A stretch of DNA of 62,293 nt, filler included. It is 6 parts of 6 records of this genome, joined end to end, with 100 filler letters (N's around TTAATTAATTAA, not from the genome) between each part and the next. Parts side by side here need not be neighbours in the genome. Positions count along the whole stretch, not along the records: positions 1 to 7,073 come from SRR31156797_8721; positions 7,174 to 26,170 come from SRR31156797_8723; 4 more parts are not named here. The stretch is one strand, 5' to 3'. The translations under genes and the position numbers were made by a program. Under the pieces are notes generated by a model. It ran no database searches. It was not told the origin of the DNA and worked only from the letters and a program-made list of their open reading frames with translations. Below are positions 1-10,060 of this stretch, one piece after another (positions within the stretch are counted from its first letter, which is position 1; each line of letters starts with the position of its first letter).

Positions 1-1437
1 TTCTACGAGATGCCCCATGCGGCCTGGAAGGACATGGCCGAGGGACGCAGCAGCTTCGTCGTCTCAGCCAACAAGACCGAGACCTATGGAATCATCGCCG
101 TATCCGGAGATGATGAGGCTCCCGAGGCTGAAACCGTGCAGCTGCCCGAATACGGCATCTCCGAGCTGAAGCAGCAGGACGCCGCGCTGGTCGGAAAGAT
201 AGAAGAGCTTGAGAAGAGCGTGGAAGAGCTCTCCCATAAGAGGGATCTCCTCTCCCGCTACCTGAAGCATCTGGAAGAGGACGCGGAGTACGAGAGTCTC
301 AAGGCCGGACTGGGCAATGAGGAGCTTCTGCTCTTCTTCAGCGGTTATCTCCCCGTGCGGGATGCCGATAAAGTGAAGGCTCTGGCTGCCGGGAACGGCT
401 GGGCCCTGGCTCTCAGTGAGCCAAGCGAGGAGGATGCGGTTCCGACCCTTGTGGAGAATAACAAGGCCGTTACCACAATAAAACCTCTTTTCGATGTTCT
501 CGACGTACTGCCGGGTTACCGGGAGACGGATATCAGTCTGGACTTCCTGATCTCCTTTACCCTGTTCTTCGCCATGATCATCGGTGACGCTGGTTACGGA
601 ACCCTCTTTCTGCTGACCACCCTGTTTGTCAGGATGAAGTCGAAGAAGGGTGGGCCCGCCTTCAATCTGATGTACCTCCTGTGTACGGGTACCATCGTCT
701 GGGGCATGCTGACGGGAAACTGGTTCGGCTCCAGAGCCCTGGGAAGCTGGGCGCCCCTGAAGAACCTGGTTCTGCCGCAGATCTCGGCCTTTCCCGATCT
801 CTTTGATCCGGATCTGGACAGCGGCGCCACGGTGAAGTACATCTGTTTCATCATCGCCACGGTGCAGCTCTGTATCGGGCGGCTGAAGAACTTCTTTATC
901 AAGATGCCCTCCCTGGCCGCCGTTGAGCAGCTGGGCTGGCTGACCATGATGATCGGTGTTTACCACATTGTGCTCTTCCTGGTTCTTGGTGTGACCCCCA
1001 TTCCTCCTTATGCCCTGAAGCTGATCGGCGGCGGTATCGCGGCCATCATCCTCTTCGGACAGCAGGAGAAGGGAGTGAACTTCTTCAAGGGCGTATTGCG
1101 GGGCTTCAATCCTATCGGATTGTTCCAGCTTTTCCTCGACTCGATCAGCAAGCTGTCGGATATTATCTCCTACATCAGGCTTTTCGCCGTCGGTCTGGCA
1201 TCCCTGGCCATCGCCGTCAGCTTCAACAGTATGGCGGCGCCCATGATGCAGGAGCCCGGAGTGGGGATGGTTGTAGGTGCATTGATCCTATTGCTGGGTC
1301 ATGCCCTGAACATAGTAATGGGAGCTCTTTCGCTGATCGTACACGGCGTGAGGCTCAATATGTTGGAATATTCAGGCCATTTGGATTTGGAATGGTCGGG
1401 ATTTAGATATGAGCCTTTCAAGAAGGTTCAGGAATAA
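1..1437 (+). CDS. atpI: V/A-type ATP synthase subunit I (5'-partial)
   Basis: Frame is open from base 1. Motifs FFAMIIGDAGYG, SDIISYIRLFAVGLA and HGVRLNMLEY are typical of V-ATPase subunit I/a; subunit K follows. Confidence 0.95.
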   Translation, partial: FYEMPHAAWKDMAEGRSSFVVSANKTETYGIIAVSGDDEAPEAETVQLPEYGISELKQQDAALVGKIEELEKSVEELSHKRDLLSRYLKHLEEDAEYESLKAGLGNEELLLFFSGYLPVRDADKVKALAAGNGWALALSEPSEEDAVPTLVENNKAVTTIKPLFDVLDVLPGYRETDISLDFLISFTLFFAMIIGDAGYGTLFLLTTLFVRMKSKKGGPAFNLMYLLCTGTIVWGMLTGNWFGSRALGSWAPLKNLVLPQISAFPDLFDPDLDSGATVKYICFIIATVQLCIGRLKNFFIKMPSLAAVEQLGWLTMMIGVYHIVLFLVLGVTPIPPYALKLIGGGIAAIILFGQQEKGVNFFKGVLRGFNPIGLFQLFLDSISKLSDIISYIRLFAVGLASLAIAVSFNSMAAPMMQEPGVGMVVGALILLLGHALNIVMGALSLIVHGVRLNMLEYSGHLDLEWSGFRYEPFKKVQE

Positions 1438-1467
1438 AAAAGAAAGAATAGTTTTAAGGAGATAAGT

Positions 1468-1890
1468 ATGGATATTGGAATGATTGGATTTGCTGCTGCA
1501 TTGGGACTGGCTGGTTTTGGATCTGCTTTCGGTGCCGGATTTGCCGGACAGGCTGCTATCGGTGCCTGGAAGAAGTGTTTCGCTTCCAACAAGCCCGCTC
1601 CCTTCCTTCTGGTCGCCTTCGTCGGCGCTCCCCTGACACAGACCATCTACGGTTTCATTCTGATGAACCAGATGCTCGCTTCCGACGCTTCCGGCTACAA
1701 GCTGCTGGGCATGGGTATCTTCGGCGGACTGGCCATGGGCGCTTCCGCCTACGCGCAGGGTAAGGCCGGCGCCGGCGCTGCCGACGCCATGGGTGAAACC
1801 GGAAAGGGTTTTGTGAACTACCTGATGGTACTCGGCGTTATCGAGACCGTCGCCCTGTTCGCCATGGTCTTCCTGATGGGCGCCCTCTAG
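1468..1890 (+). CDS. atpK: V/A-type ATP synthase subunit K (proteolipid, duplicated hairpin)
   Basis: 140-aa hydrophobic Gly/Ala-rich protein with PLTQTIYG, SAYAQG and a single C-terminal Glu (VIETVALF); AAGGAG RBS upstream. Confidence 0.95.
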   Translation: MDIGMIGFAAALGLAGFGSAFGAGFAGQAAIGAWKKCFASNKPAPFLLVAFVGAPLTQTIYGFILMNQMLASDASGYKLLGMGIFGGLAMGASAYAQGKAGAGAADAMGETGKGFVNYLMVLGVIETVALFAMVFLMGAL

Positions 1891-1916
1891 GCAGAGCCTC
1901 TTATCACAGTTAAACT

Positions 1917-1944
1917 GGCTCCCCGCAAGGGGAGTCTTTTTTTA
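1917..1944 (+). terminator. Rho-independent terminator after atpK
   Basis: GGCTCCCC-GCAA-GGGGAGTC stem-loop followed by T8. Confidence 0.9.
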
Positions 1945-2039
1945 TGTTCCCTCATCATCTATAATAAATTAACCGGGTAATGCGAGATTATTCGGGCAAC
2001 AATAATATCTGGAAATGAAATCATCTGGAGATAGTTTCT

Positions 2040-3101
2040 ATGTCAATATCAAGAAAGGTTCTGGTCGGATCGGTTCCCATGGGAGGGGACGCCCCCGTCA
2101 GCATTCAGACCATGTGGGACCGTCCTGTGGAGAGGGTGGACGCGACCCTGGTCGACGCGGTCGACAATCTGAACCGCAAGGGCTGCGATATCATCCGTTT
2201 CGCCCTGCCCAACAGGAGGGCCGTGGACATCCTCGCCCCTCTGCTGAAAGAAACGCCCATGCCCCTGGTCGGCGATATCCACTTCGATTATAAGATCGCC
2301 CTGGCGGCCATTGAAGCGGGGTTTCAGAAGATAAGGATCAATCCCGGCAACATCGGAGAGGCCTGGAAGGTGGAAGAGGTGATCGCAGCGGCCGCCGACA
2401 GAGGCACGGTCATACGCATCGGAGCCAACGAAGGATCCCTGCCCACCGACGGCGAGTGGACTCCCACGGCCCGCAGCGCCCGGCTGATAGAGGCGGCCGA
2501 GAGGAACCTGGAGCTCTTTGAGAAGAAGAACTTCAGGGATATTGTGATATCCCTCAAATCGTCCGATATAGAAGTAACGTACCTTTCCAACAGGGAGTTC
2601 AGAAAGAGATATGACTATCCCCTTCATTTGGGGATCACAGAGGCGGGGCCCTTGATTCCCGCCATCGTCAAGTCAAGCATCGGGCTGTCCGATCTGCTTC
2701 GCGAAGGGATAGGCGAGACCGTCAGGATCTCCATCTCCGATAATCCCGAGTACGAGGTCCTGGCGGCGGCGGAACTTCTGGGCGCCCTGGGTCTGAGGAA
2801 GGGGCGGATCAGGATCATCGGCTGTCCCAAATGCGGTCGGACCTCATTCGACACACATGGGTTTCTGGAGTCGGTGAAGGAGGAGCTCAACACCATTCCG
2901 GCGGATATATCCGTCGCCGTGATGGGATGCTCGGTCAACGGCCCCGGAGAGGCGGCCCATGCGGACCTGGGGATCACCGGGAACGGTAAGCAGGTGCTTA
3001 TCTTCAGGCGCGGAGAGGTTATACGGAGGGAAGAATTTTGTTCGGCGAAAAAAGCGTTTCTCGAAGAATTGGACAAGCTGCGGGAAGTCTCTTCCTCCTG
3101 A
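2040..3101 (+). CDS. ispG: (E)-4-hydroxy-3-methylbut-2-enyl-diphosphate synthase
   Basis: Motifs DIHFDY, KIRINPGNIG, PLHLGITEAG, CPKCGRT and MGCSVNGPGEA. Confidence 0.97.
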   Translation: MSISRKVLVGSVPMGGDAPVSIQTMWDRPVERVDATLVDAVDNLNRKGCDIIRFALPNRRAVDILAPLLKETPMPLVGDIHFDYKIALAAIEAGFQKIRINPGNIGEAWKVEEVIAAAADRGTVIRIGANEGSLPTDGEWTPTARSARLIEAAERNLELFEKKNFRDIVISLKSSDIEVTYLSNREFRKRYDYPLHLGITEAGPLIPAIVKSSIGLSDLLREGIGETVRISISDNPEYEVLAAAELLGALGLRKGRIRIIGCPKCGRTSFDTHGFLESVKEELNTIPADISVAVMGCSVNGPGEAAHADLGITGNGKQVLIFRRGEVIRREEFCSAKKAFLEELDKLREVSSS

Positions 3102-4156
3102 TCATGCTTGCCTCGCTCCCCGCGGGCGCGGCTGCCTCGGATCTGCCGGGCTGGGTCCTCTTTGAAAAGGGCCTGTCCCTCTTTGAAGAGGGGCGGCTGG
3201 ATGAGGCCCTGGAGATGATTACTCTGTCGGCCGGAGAGGGCGAGCCCAATCCGGAGATCCTCTACTGGACGGGGCGGATCTATGAGGCCGAAGGGGACTA
3301 TTTCCTGGCGGAGCTGCGCTATGAGGAGGCCCTGGAAAAGTCCCGGTTCCTTTATATTCCGGATCAGAGATGGCAGATCTACTACAGCCTTTCGGACATC
3401 TATCTCAACCGGAAGGATTTCAGCGATTACGAGCGCATCCTCCTGACCGTCTTCGACGAGGAGATGAAGCGGAACACCGAGATCATCAGGCGGGAGCACA
3501 GCTATGTTCAGATGCTCAAGAGCGACGGCCTGGACAAGCTCCTCCTCCTCTACCGTCTGAAGCTGAGCTATGCCCTGGAGGCTTCGGTCAGGCTGGGGCG
3601 CTTCTATAACGGACAGGGGCTCTGGAAGAGCTCGCTGATCAAGAATCTCTATGCGGTTCTGAGCTACTTCAGCGCCGGTGCGGAGCTGCTGATCAGCGAG
3701 GCCCCCGACTTTTCTTTTCCCGTGGATATGGAGGAGGCCTGGGAGGCGGATCCGGAATTCCTGATTTCCGCTTACGAAAGGATGTGCGCCGCAGGGGGGC
3801 GTGAGTTCTCTTTCTCCCGGAATCTGACCACCCTCGAGCCCGACCGAATCGCCGGGGATCGAAAGAGGGCGGAAGAGATAATACGAAAGGATCGTCCGAA
3901 GTTCGTGATGACGCCGTCCCTCTATACCCTCCTCAAGATGGAAGATCACGTATTGAGGGGAGGGGCTCTCAAGCTGGAAGATCTGTACGCTTCCCTCTTC
4001 TTTCTGGGGGAGGCCCTCTACCGGGAGGGGAGTCCCGAAAGGGCGAAAGAGCTGTGGTCTCTTCTCGGTGCGAGCGGAAGCGATTCGTCCTGGAAGACAC
4101 TGGCAACGGAAAAAATTGGAAATCCCGATCTGAAAACCCCTTTTTTAAAGTACTGA
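3038..4156 (+). CDS. Exported tetratricopeptide-repeat protein
   Basis: N-terminal hydrophobic signal followed by TPR-like helices ([32 protein letters not shown]). Start codon uncertain; overlaps the ispG end. Confidence 0.75.
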   Translation: MFGEKSVSRRIGQAAGSLFLLIMLASLPAGAAASDLPGWVLFEKGLSLFEEGRLDEALEMITLSAGEGEPNPEILYWTGRIYEAEGDYFLAELRYEEALEKSRFLYIPDQRWQIYYSLSDIYLNRKDFSDYERILLTVFDEEMKRNTEIIRREHSYVQMLKSDGLDKLLLLYRLKLSYALEASVRLGRFYNGQGLWKSSLIKNLYAVLSYFSAGAELLISEAPDFSFPVDMEEAWEADPEFLISAYERMCAAGGREFSFSRNLTTLEPDRIAGDRKRAEEIIRKDRPKFVMTPSLYTLLKMEDHVLRGGALKLEDLYASLFFLGEALYREGSPERAKELWSLLGASGSDSSWKTLATEKIGNPDLKTPFLKY

Positions 4157-4175
4157 ACAGGAGTATAGTAGCTGC

Positions 4176-6989
4176 ATGAAGAATCTTGTAGTGAAGGGTG
4201 CCAGGGAGCACAACCTCAAAAATATCAGTCTCGAACTGCCGCGGGACAAGTTTATCGTCATCTCGGGCCTGAGCGGAAGCGGCAAGTCGTCCCTCGCCTT
4301 CGATACCATCTTTGCCGAGGGGCAGCGACGCTATGTGGAGTCCCTCTCCGCCTATGCCCGCCAGTTTCTGGGTCGGATGGACAAGCCCGACGTGGACTAT
4401 ATCGAAGGCCTGTCTCCGGCCATCTCCATTGAGCAGAAAACCACCCATAAGAATCCCCGTTCCACCGTGGGGACCATCACCGAGATCTATGACTATCTCC
4501 GACTTCTTTTCGCCAGGGTGGGCGTGCCCCACTGTCCGGACTGCGGCATCCCCATCAAGGAGCAGTCGGTGGATCAGATCATAGACGCGGTGCGTTCCAA
4601 GCCGGAGGGAAGCAAGCTGGTCATCCTCTCTCCTCTGGTCAGGGGGAAGAAGGGGGAGCACAGGAAGATCTTCTCAGATGCCCTTAAATCCGGTTTCGTC
4701 AGGGTTCGCGTGGACGGCGAGATCCTCTCCCTCGAGGAGGAGATCAAGCTTGAGAAGAACAGGAAGCACTCCATAGAGATCGTCGTCGATCGGGTGAAAC
4801 TGAACGACGAGACCCTTTCGCGGCTGACCCAGTCCATCGAAACGGCCCTGAGCCTGTCGGAGGGCCAGGTGATCATACAGGACAAGGGGGAGGGGACGGA
4901 GCAGTTCTTCTCGGAGAAAAACTCCTGCCCCAACTGCGGATTCAGTATGCCCGAGCTTCAGCCACGGCTGTTCAGTTTCAACAATCCCTACGGGGCCTGT
5001 CCGGCCTGTTCGGGCCTGGGGCAGACCCTTGAGTTTTCCAGGGACAAGATCATGCCCGATCTTTCCCTTTCCTTTAATCAGCACGGCGTGGCTCCCTACA
5101 ATCCCAAGGCCAACTGGCATCGCAGCTGGTTCGAAGCCCTGGCGAAGTACTACGGATTTTCTCTGGACACCCCTTTGGGTGAACTGGATCCGAAGCATCT
5201 GGACATAATGCTCTACGGCACCGACGATACGATCGAGGTCCTGTATGAAAACCAGAAAGGGACGGGACGCTTCGAATACAGCTCCCAGTACAAGGGGATC
5301 ATCGACGATCTGAAGCGGCGCTACAGGGAGACCAGTTCCGATTCCATGAAGGACTGGATCGAGGGTTTCATGGAAAAGCGGAGCTGTCACAGCTGCGGGG
5401 GCAAGCGTCTCAAGAAGGAGTCCCTCCACGTCCTCGTGCACGACAGGAACATCGACGAGCTTACCCGCCTGTCCGTTAAGGAGGGGGCTTCCTTTTTCAG
5501 GGACCTGGAGCTGACTGAGACGGAGCGGCATATTGCCCAGCAGATCCTCAAGGAGATCCGCGACCGCCTGAGCTTCCTTGAGAGCGTGGGGCTGGAGTAT
5601 CTGACCCTGCACCGGGAGGCCGCCACCCTGTCTGGAGGGGAGGCCCAGCGCATCCGGCTGGCCACGCAGATTGGGTCATCCCTCGTCGGAGTGCTTTATA
5701 TCCTGGACGAGCCCACCATAGGGCTACATCAGAGGGACAACGAGAGGCTGATCAACACCCTCAAGCATCTTCGCGACATCGGCAACACCCTGATCGTCGT
5801 AGAGCATGACGAGCAGACCCTGCGCACGGCCGACTATATTGTGGATATCGGTCCCGGCGCCGGCGTTCACGGGGGCAAGATCGCCGCCCAGGGAAGCCTG
5901 GAAGACATAATGAGCAATCCGGCAAGCCCGACAGGACGCTTCTTGAGCGGAGCCGTGACCATCGATCCCCCCGCCGAGAGACGGGAGGGGACGGGAAAGA
6001 AGATCGCCGTGCTCGGAGCGGAGGAGCACAACCTGAAGAATCTGGATCTCGAGATTCCCCTGGGGACCATGACGGTGATCACAGGCGTTTCGGGCTCCGG
6101 GAAGTCCACCTTTCTGACGGACATCCTCTATCCCGCCCTGAGCAACCACCTGCACAGGACGAAGCATGACGTGGGGCGGTGCCGGGAGATCACGGGAATG
6201 GAGGAGATAGACAAGGTCATCTGCATAGACCAGAGCCCCATCGGCAGGACCCCCCGCTCTAATCCGGCCACCTATGTGGGCCTGTTCACGCCGGTCCGGG
6301 AGCTCTTCGCCTCCCTGCCCGACGCCAAGGCCCGCGGCTACAAGCCCGGCCGTTTCTCCTTCAACGTGAAGGGGGGGAGATGCGAGCACTGCCAGGGGGC
6401 GGGAACCCAGAAGATCGAGATGCACTTCCTTCCCGACGTTTACGTCACCTGCGACGTCTGCAAGGGGAAGAGGTTCAATCGGGAGACCCTGGAGATCCGT
6501 TACAAGGGGAAGAACATCAACGAGGTCCTGGATATGGCCATCGATGAGGCTGTGGAGTTCTTCTCCGCGATTCCCACCATCGCCAACAAGTGCCGGACCC
6601 TCCAGTCTGTGGGGCTGGGCTATATCAAGCTGGGCCAGTCGGCCCTGACCCTGTCGGGAGGAGAGGCCCAGAGGGTGAAGCTGGCCCTGGAGTTGTCCAA
6701 GCGTTCCACCGGAAAGACCTTTTACATCATCGACGAGCCCACGACGGGGCTCCACTTCGCCGATGTGAAACAGCTGATGGAGGTGCTTCAGGCCCTGGTG
6801 GACAAGAAGAATACCATCTGCATGATCGAGCACAATCTGGATGTGGTAAAGGTCTGCGACCATGTGATCGATCTGGGGCCCGAGGGCGGAGACAAAGGGG
6901 GGCATCTCGTCGCGGCGGGAACGCCGGAAGAGGTCGCCTCCTGTCCGGAATCCCATACGGGACGCTTTCTGAAGGAGCTCCTGGTCTGA
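4176..6989 (+). CDS. uvrA: Excinuclease ABC subunit A
   Basis: N-terminal GAREHNLKN, two Walker A motifs ([18 protein letters not shown]), two LSGGEAQR signatures and CxxC zinc fingers. Confidence 0.99.
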   Translation: MKNLVVKGAREHNLKNISLELPRDKFIVISGLSGSGKSSLAFDTIFAEGQRRYVESLSAYARQFLGRMDKPDVDYIEGLSPAISIEQKTTHKNPRSTVGTITEIYDYLRLLFARVGVPHCPDCGIPIKEQSVDQIIDAVRSKPEGSKLVILSPLVRGKKGEHRKIFSDALKSGFVRVRVDGEILSLEEEIKLEKNRKHSIEIVVDRVKLNDETLSRLTQSIETALSLSEGQVIIQDKGEGTEQFFSEKNSCPNCGFSMPELQPRLFSFNNPYGACPACSGLGQTLEFSRDKIMPDLSLSFNQHGVAPYNPKANWHRSWFEALAKYYGFSLDTPLGELDPKHLDIMLYGTDDTIEVLYENQKGTGRFEYSSQYKGIIDDLKRRYRETSSDSMKDWIEGFMEKRSCHSCGGKRLKKESLHVLVHDRNIDELTRLSVKEGASFFRDLELTETERHIAQQILKEIRDRLSFLESVGLEYLTLHREAATLSGGEAQRIRLATQIGSSLVGVLYILDEPTIGLHQRDNERLINTLKHLRDIGNTLIVVEHDEQTLRTADYIVDIGPGAGVHGGKIAAQGSLEDIMSNPASPTGRFLSGAVTIDPPAERREGTGKKIAVLGAEEHNLKNLDLEIPLGTMTVITGVSGSGKSTFLTDILYPALSNHLHRTKHDVGRCREITGMEEIDKVICIDQSPIGRTPRSNPATYVGLFTPVRELFASLPDAKARGYKPGRFSFNVKGGRCEHCQGAGTQKIEMHFLPDVYVTCDVCKGKRFNRETLEIRYKGKNINEVLDMAIDEAVEFFSAIPTIANKCRTLQSVGLGYIKLGQSALTLSGGEAQRVKLALELSKRSTGKTFYIIDEPTTGLHFADVKQLMEVLQALVDKKNTICMIEHNLDVVKVCDHVIDLGPEGGDKGGHLVAAGTPEEVASCPESHTGRFLKELLV

Positions 6990-6993
6990 GCCC

Positions 6994-7073
6994 ATGAACC
7001 GAAGACGGATAATCCTTACCCATCTTTTGCTGCTCCTGTCCGTTTTCGGTTTGAACTCTCAGGAAAGTTCTAT
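6994..7073 (+). CDS. N-terminal fragment of an exported protein (3'-partial at contig end)
   Basis: MNRRRIILTHLLLLLSVFGLNSQESS reads as a Sec signal peptide, 4 nt after the uvrA stop. Confidence 0.5.
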
Positions 7074-7173
7074 NNNNNNNNNNNNNNNNNNNNNNNNNNN
7101 NNNNNNNNNNNNNNNNNTTAATTAATTAANNNNNNNNNNNNNNNNNNNNNNNNNNNNNNNNNNNNNNNNNNNN
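7074..7173. other. Artificial contig spacer
   Basis: 44 N + TTAATTAATTAA (stops in all six frames) + 44 N. Confidence 0.99.
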
Positions 7174-7418
7174 TTGCGTGAAATATTTTGCCAATAAAAA
7201 CACGAATATTGTTGATAAGATACTGCGCTTATTCATCTGGCGCAAAAGCGCTCAAAAAGTAAACCAAATTTATAATTCATATTTCAGGTTCAACCTCAAA
7301 GAATTAGGCAATCAGTAGGATATTTCAAATCAGCAATCTGCACCAAAACAATTAAAAATCAATACGTTAATTTTTCTAAAATCTAATTCAACACCTTCAT
7401 GCCTTGTATCCAAAATCC

Positions 7419-7426
7419 TATTTTTG
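7419..7426 (+). promoter_or_regulatory. Bacteroidota sigma-A -7 element
   Basis: TATTTTTG matches TAnnTTTG, about 40 nt before the phhA start. Confidence 0.55.
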
Positions 7427-7464
7427 GGGTACAATTTTGAAGAGTTCTAAATTAAGCGCATAAA

Positions 7465-9201
7465 ATGATGGAAATGAATGAAGTGCTCAACAGGCTACCC
7501 AAACACCTGATGAGTTTAGTGATAGACCAGCCTTACAACGAATACACCGAACAAGACCATGCCGTTTGGCGCTATGTGATGCGTCAGAATGTGAAATACC
7601 TGAGCCGCGTTGCCCATGGATCATACCTGGAAGGATTAAAGAAAACCGGCATCAGCATCGATCGCATTCCGCACATGTATGGCATGAACCGGATTTTGAA
7701 GGAGATAGGCTGGGCTGCAGTTGCCGTGGATGGCTTTATTCCTCCGGCCGCTTTTATGGAATTCCAGGCCTACAAAGTGCTGGTTATCGCGGCGGATATC
7801 CGCCCCATCAATCAGATTGAATACACACCGGCTCCTGACATCATCCATGAAGCCGCCGGGCATGCACCCATCATTGCCGATCCGGATTATTCAGAATACC
7901 TTCGCCTGTTTGGGGAAATTGGCTCGAAAGCACTTTCTTCAGCCAAAGATTATCAGCAATATGAGGCCATCAGGCACCTGTCCATTTTAAAAGCAGATCC
8001 CTATACGCCAAAAGCAGACATCGAAAAAGCAGAAAAGCACCTGGATGATTTGGATAAAAATATGGGTGAACCTTCCGAAATGTCACTGATCCGTAACCTG
8101 CACTGGTGGACGGTTGAATACGGACTGATCGGTGAGATTGATAAACCAAAGATTTATGGCGCCGGATTACTTTCATCCATCGGCGAAAGCTTCAGTTGTT
8201 TGAAAGATGATGTGGACAAACTCCCCTATTCCATTGATGCGGTAAACTATAGTTTTGACATTACAACACGCCAACCACAACTTTTTGTTACGCCGGATTT
8301 TGAATACCTCACCACCGTACTATGCCAATTTGCCGAACGCATGGCATTAAGGCGTGGCGGGCTTTACGGGCTGCAAAAGGCTATTGAATCAGAAAATACA
8401 GCAACCTGTGAATTTTCTTCGGGATTGCAGGTTTCAGGTACATTCAGCGATTTGATCGTTTCGTGCGACAGGGCTGCATATCTAAAAACATCCGCACCAA
8501 CCCAGCTGTCAGTCGATTATAAACAACTGAAGAATCATGGAACTAACTACCATAAAGATGGATTTGGCTCACCGGTGGGAAATTTCAAAAATTCTGAAAT
8601 ACCCCCGGAACTATTATCGGTAAATGAGTTGATCGAAATTGGCATTGTTGAAGATGAAGTTTGTGAAATTGAATTTGAATCCGGGGTGGTTGTAAAGGGA
8701 AAACTGGAGCGAATCCTGCGTCATAAGGAAAAAAACATACTCTTCACGTTCACAGATTGCCTTGTGAAATTTGAAGACCAGGTATTGTTTGAACCATCAT
8801 GGGGAAAATTCGATATGGCAGTTGGCCAAAGGATTGTTTCGGTATATACAGGTCCTGCCGATGCGGATGCATATGGCCTTGAATTCCCGGTTCCCCAGGA
8901 AAAAACGCATAAAATAATGCATGCTGATTCAGCGCGGCAATTGCATCAGCTCTACGAAGAAGTGCGGAAAATGCGGGAACACGATGCTGACATTTCCAGA
9001 CTGACCGACATCTGGCGAACACTGCAAAAGCAATATCCGGATGAATGGTTGCTACCCATAGACATTCTGGAGCTAACCAGGAAAAACAATCTTAACTCCG
9101 GGCTTGATGCGGAGATCACACAATTCCTGCTAAGTAAACAGGAAAATGATGATACCCTTGTTAACCTGGTAAGTAATGGTTTAAGCCTGGTTTCAGAGTA
9201 G
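7465..9201 (+). CDS. phhA: Aromatic amino acid (phenylalanine 4-) hydroxylase, long form
   Basis: YTPAPDIIHEAAGH (two Fe-binding His), WWTVEYGL, IYGAGLLSSIGE; C-terminal extension of about 280 aa. Confidence 0.9.
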   Translation: MMEMNEVLNRLPKHLMSLVIDQPYNEYTEQDHAVWRYVMRQNVKYLSRVAHGSYLEGLKKTGISIDRIPHMYGMNRILKEIGWAAVAVDGFIPPAAFMEFQAYKVLVIAADIRPINQIEYTPAPDIIHEAAGHAPIIADPDYSEYLRLFGEIGSKALSSAKDYQQYEAIRHLSILKADPYTPKADIEKAEKHLDDLDKNMGEPSEMSLIRNLHWWTVEYGLIGEIDKPKIYGAGLLSSIGESFSCLKDDVDKLPYSIDAVNYSFDITTRQPQLFVTPDFEYLTTVLCQFAERMALRRGGLYGLQKAIESENTATCEFSSGLQVSGTFSDLIVSCDRAAYLKTSAPTQLSVDYKQLKNHGTNYHKDGFGSPVGNFKNSEIPPELLSVNELIEIGIVEDEVCEIEFESGVVVKGKLERILRHKEKNILFTFTDCLVKFEDQVLFEPSWGKFDMAVGQRIVSVYTGPADADAYGLEFPVPQEKTHKIMHADSARQLHQLYEEVRKMREHDADISRLTDIWRTLQKQYPDEWLLPIDILELTRKNNLNSGLDAEITQFLLSKQENDDTLVNLVSNGLSLVSE

Positions 9202-9338
9202 GTTTAATTATAGCATAATAACTCATATTTGAGATTTCCCCTATCATTCTGTATCAATCCTTTATCCGATTCCAGACAAACTTGAAATTCGGCCATTTTT
9301 TTTCTAACTTTATGGCGTTAACCAATAAACCCAACGCC

Positions 9339-10034
9339 ATGGATAATTTTCTGGAGGAATACCTTAGGCAGAAATTCCATCATTCTGAAACCACCCTCAA
9401 TAAATCTTCAGGACCTGTTGTAACCATTTCAAGGGAATTTGGCTGCGATGCTGTGGATACATCCCGGAAACTGGCCCGGCATATCAACACCTATTTTTTG
9501 GGGATTGGCGAAACTGATAAATGGGAGATCATCAGTAAGGAAATTCTTGAAGAATCTGCCAAAGCGCTACAAACTGATACCAAAAAGGTGGAATACATTT
9601 TTAAATTCGAAAAGCGCACACAGGTAGATGACTTTTTTTTGTCGATGACTTCAAAACACTACCAAAGCGACTGGCAGGTAAGAGAAGCTGTACAGCATGT
9701 GGTAAAAGCTTTTGCCGACAAAGGGTACGCCATAATCGTGGGCCGGGCGGGGGCGCAAATCACACACAACATCGAAAAATCGTTGCACGTAAAATTAATG
9801 GCTCCGTTTGAATGGCGCGTAAACCATGTAAGAGAAAAATACCAGACATCAGAAAAACTGGCCCACAAAAAGGTTAAAGAAATGGATGCCAACCGTCAGA
9901 AATTATTGGAGATGTTCTCTAAAAAGGTCAATTGCGACCATTGCTATGATGTGCATTTTAATGTATCCACCCTCACTACTGAGATGATAATTTTAGATAT
10001 TGTACATATGATGCAACTCAAAAAGCTGATCTAA
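9339..10034 (+). CDS. Cytidylate kinase-like family protein
   Basis: VVTISREFGC P-loop-like motif, IIVGRAG, LHVKLMAPFEWRV. Start uncertain (9312 or 9339). Confidence 0.8.
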   Translation: MDNFLEEYLRQKFHHSETTLNKSSGPVVTISREFGCDAVDTSRKLARHINTYFLGIGETDKWEIISKEILEESAKALQTDTKKVEYIFKFEKRTQVDDFFLSMTSKHYQSDWQVREAVQHVVKAFADKGYAIIVGRAGAQITHNIEKSLHVKLMAPFEWRVNHVREKYQTSEKLAHKKVKEMDANRQKLLEMFSKKVNCDHCYDVHFNVSTLTTEMIILDIVHMMQLKKLI

Positions 10035-10060
10035 AATTTCTGAACAAATTCTAATCAAAA

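Noticed and set aside
4151-4170. SOS-box-like TACTG-N10-TAGTA just upstream of uvrA
   Set aside because: The invariant CAG half-site reads TAG, the site is explained by the upstream stop codon plus the AGGAG RBS, and the E. coli-type box is not expected in this lineage.
64-6995. Long antisense ORFs (e.g. 64-966, 2624-3949, 4674-5612, 5724-6995; similarly 39273-40409, 47758-48672)
   Set aside because: They are shadows of well-supported genes in GC-rich DNA and contain no recognisable motifs.
7118-7129. TTAATTAATTAA recurring five times as a biological repeat
   Set aside because: It is always centred in 44+44 N; this is a standard six-frame-stop linker.
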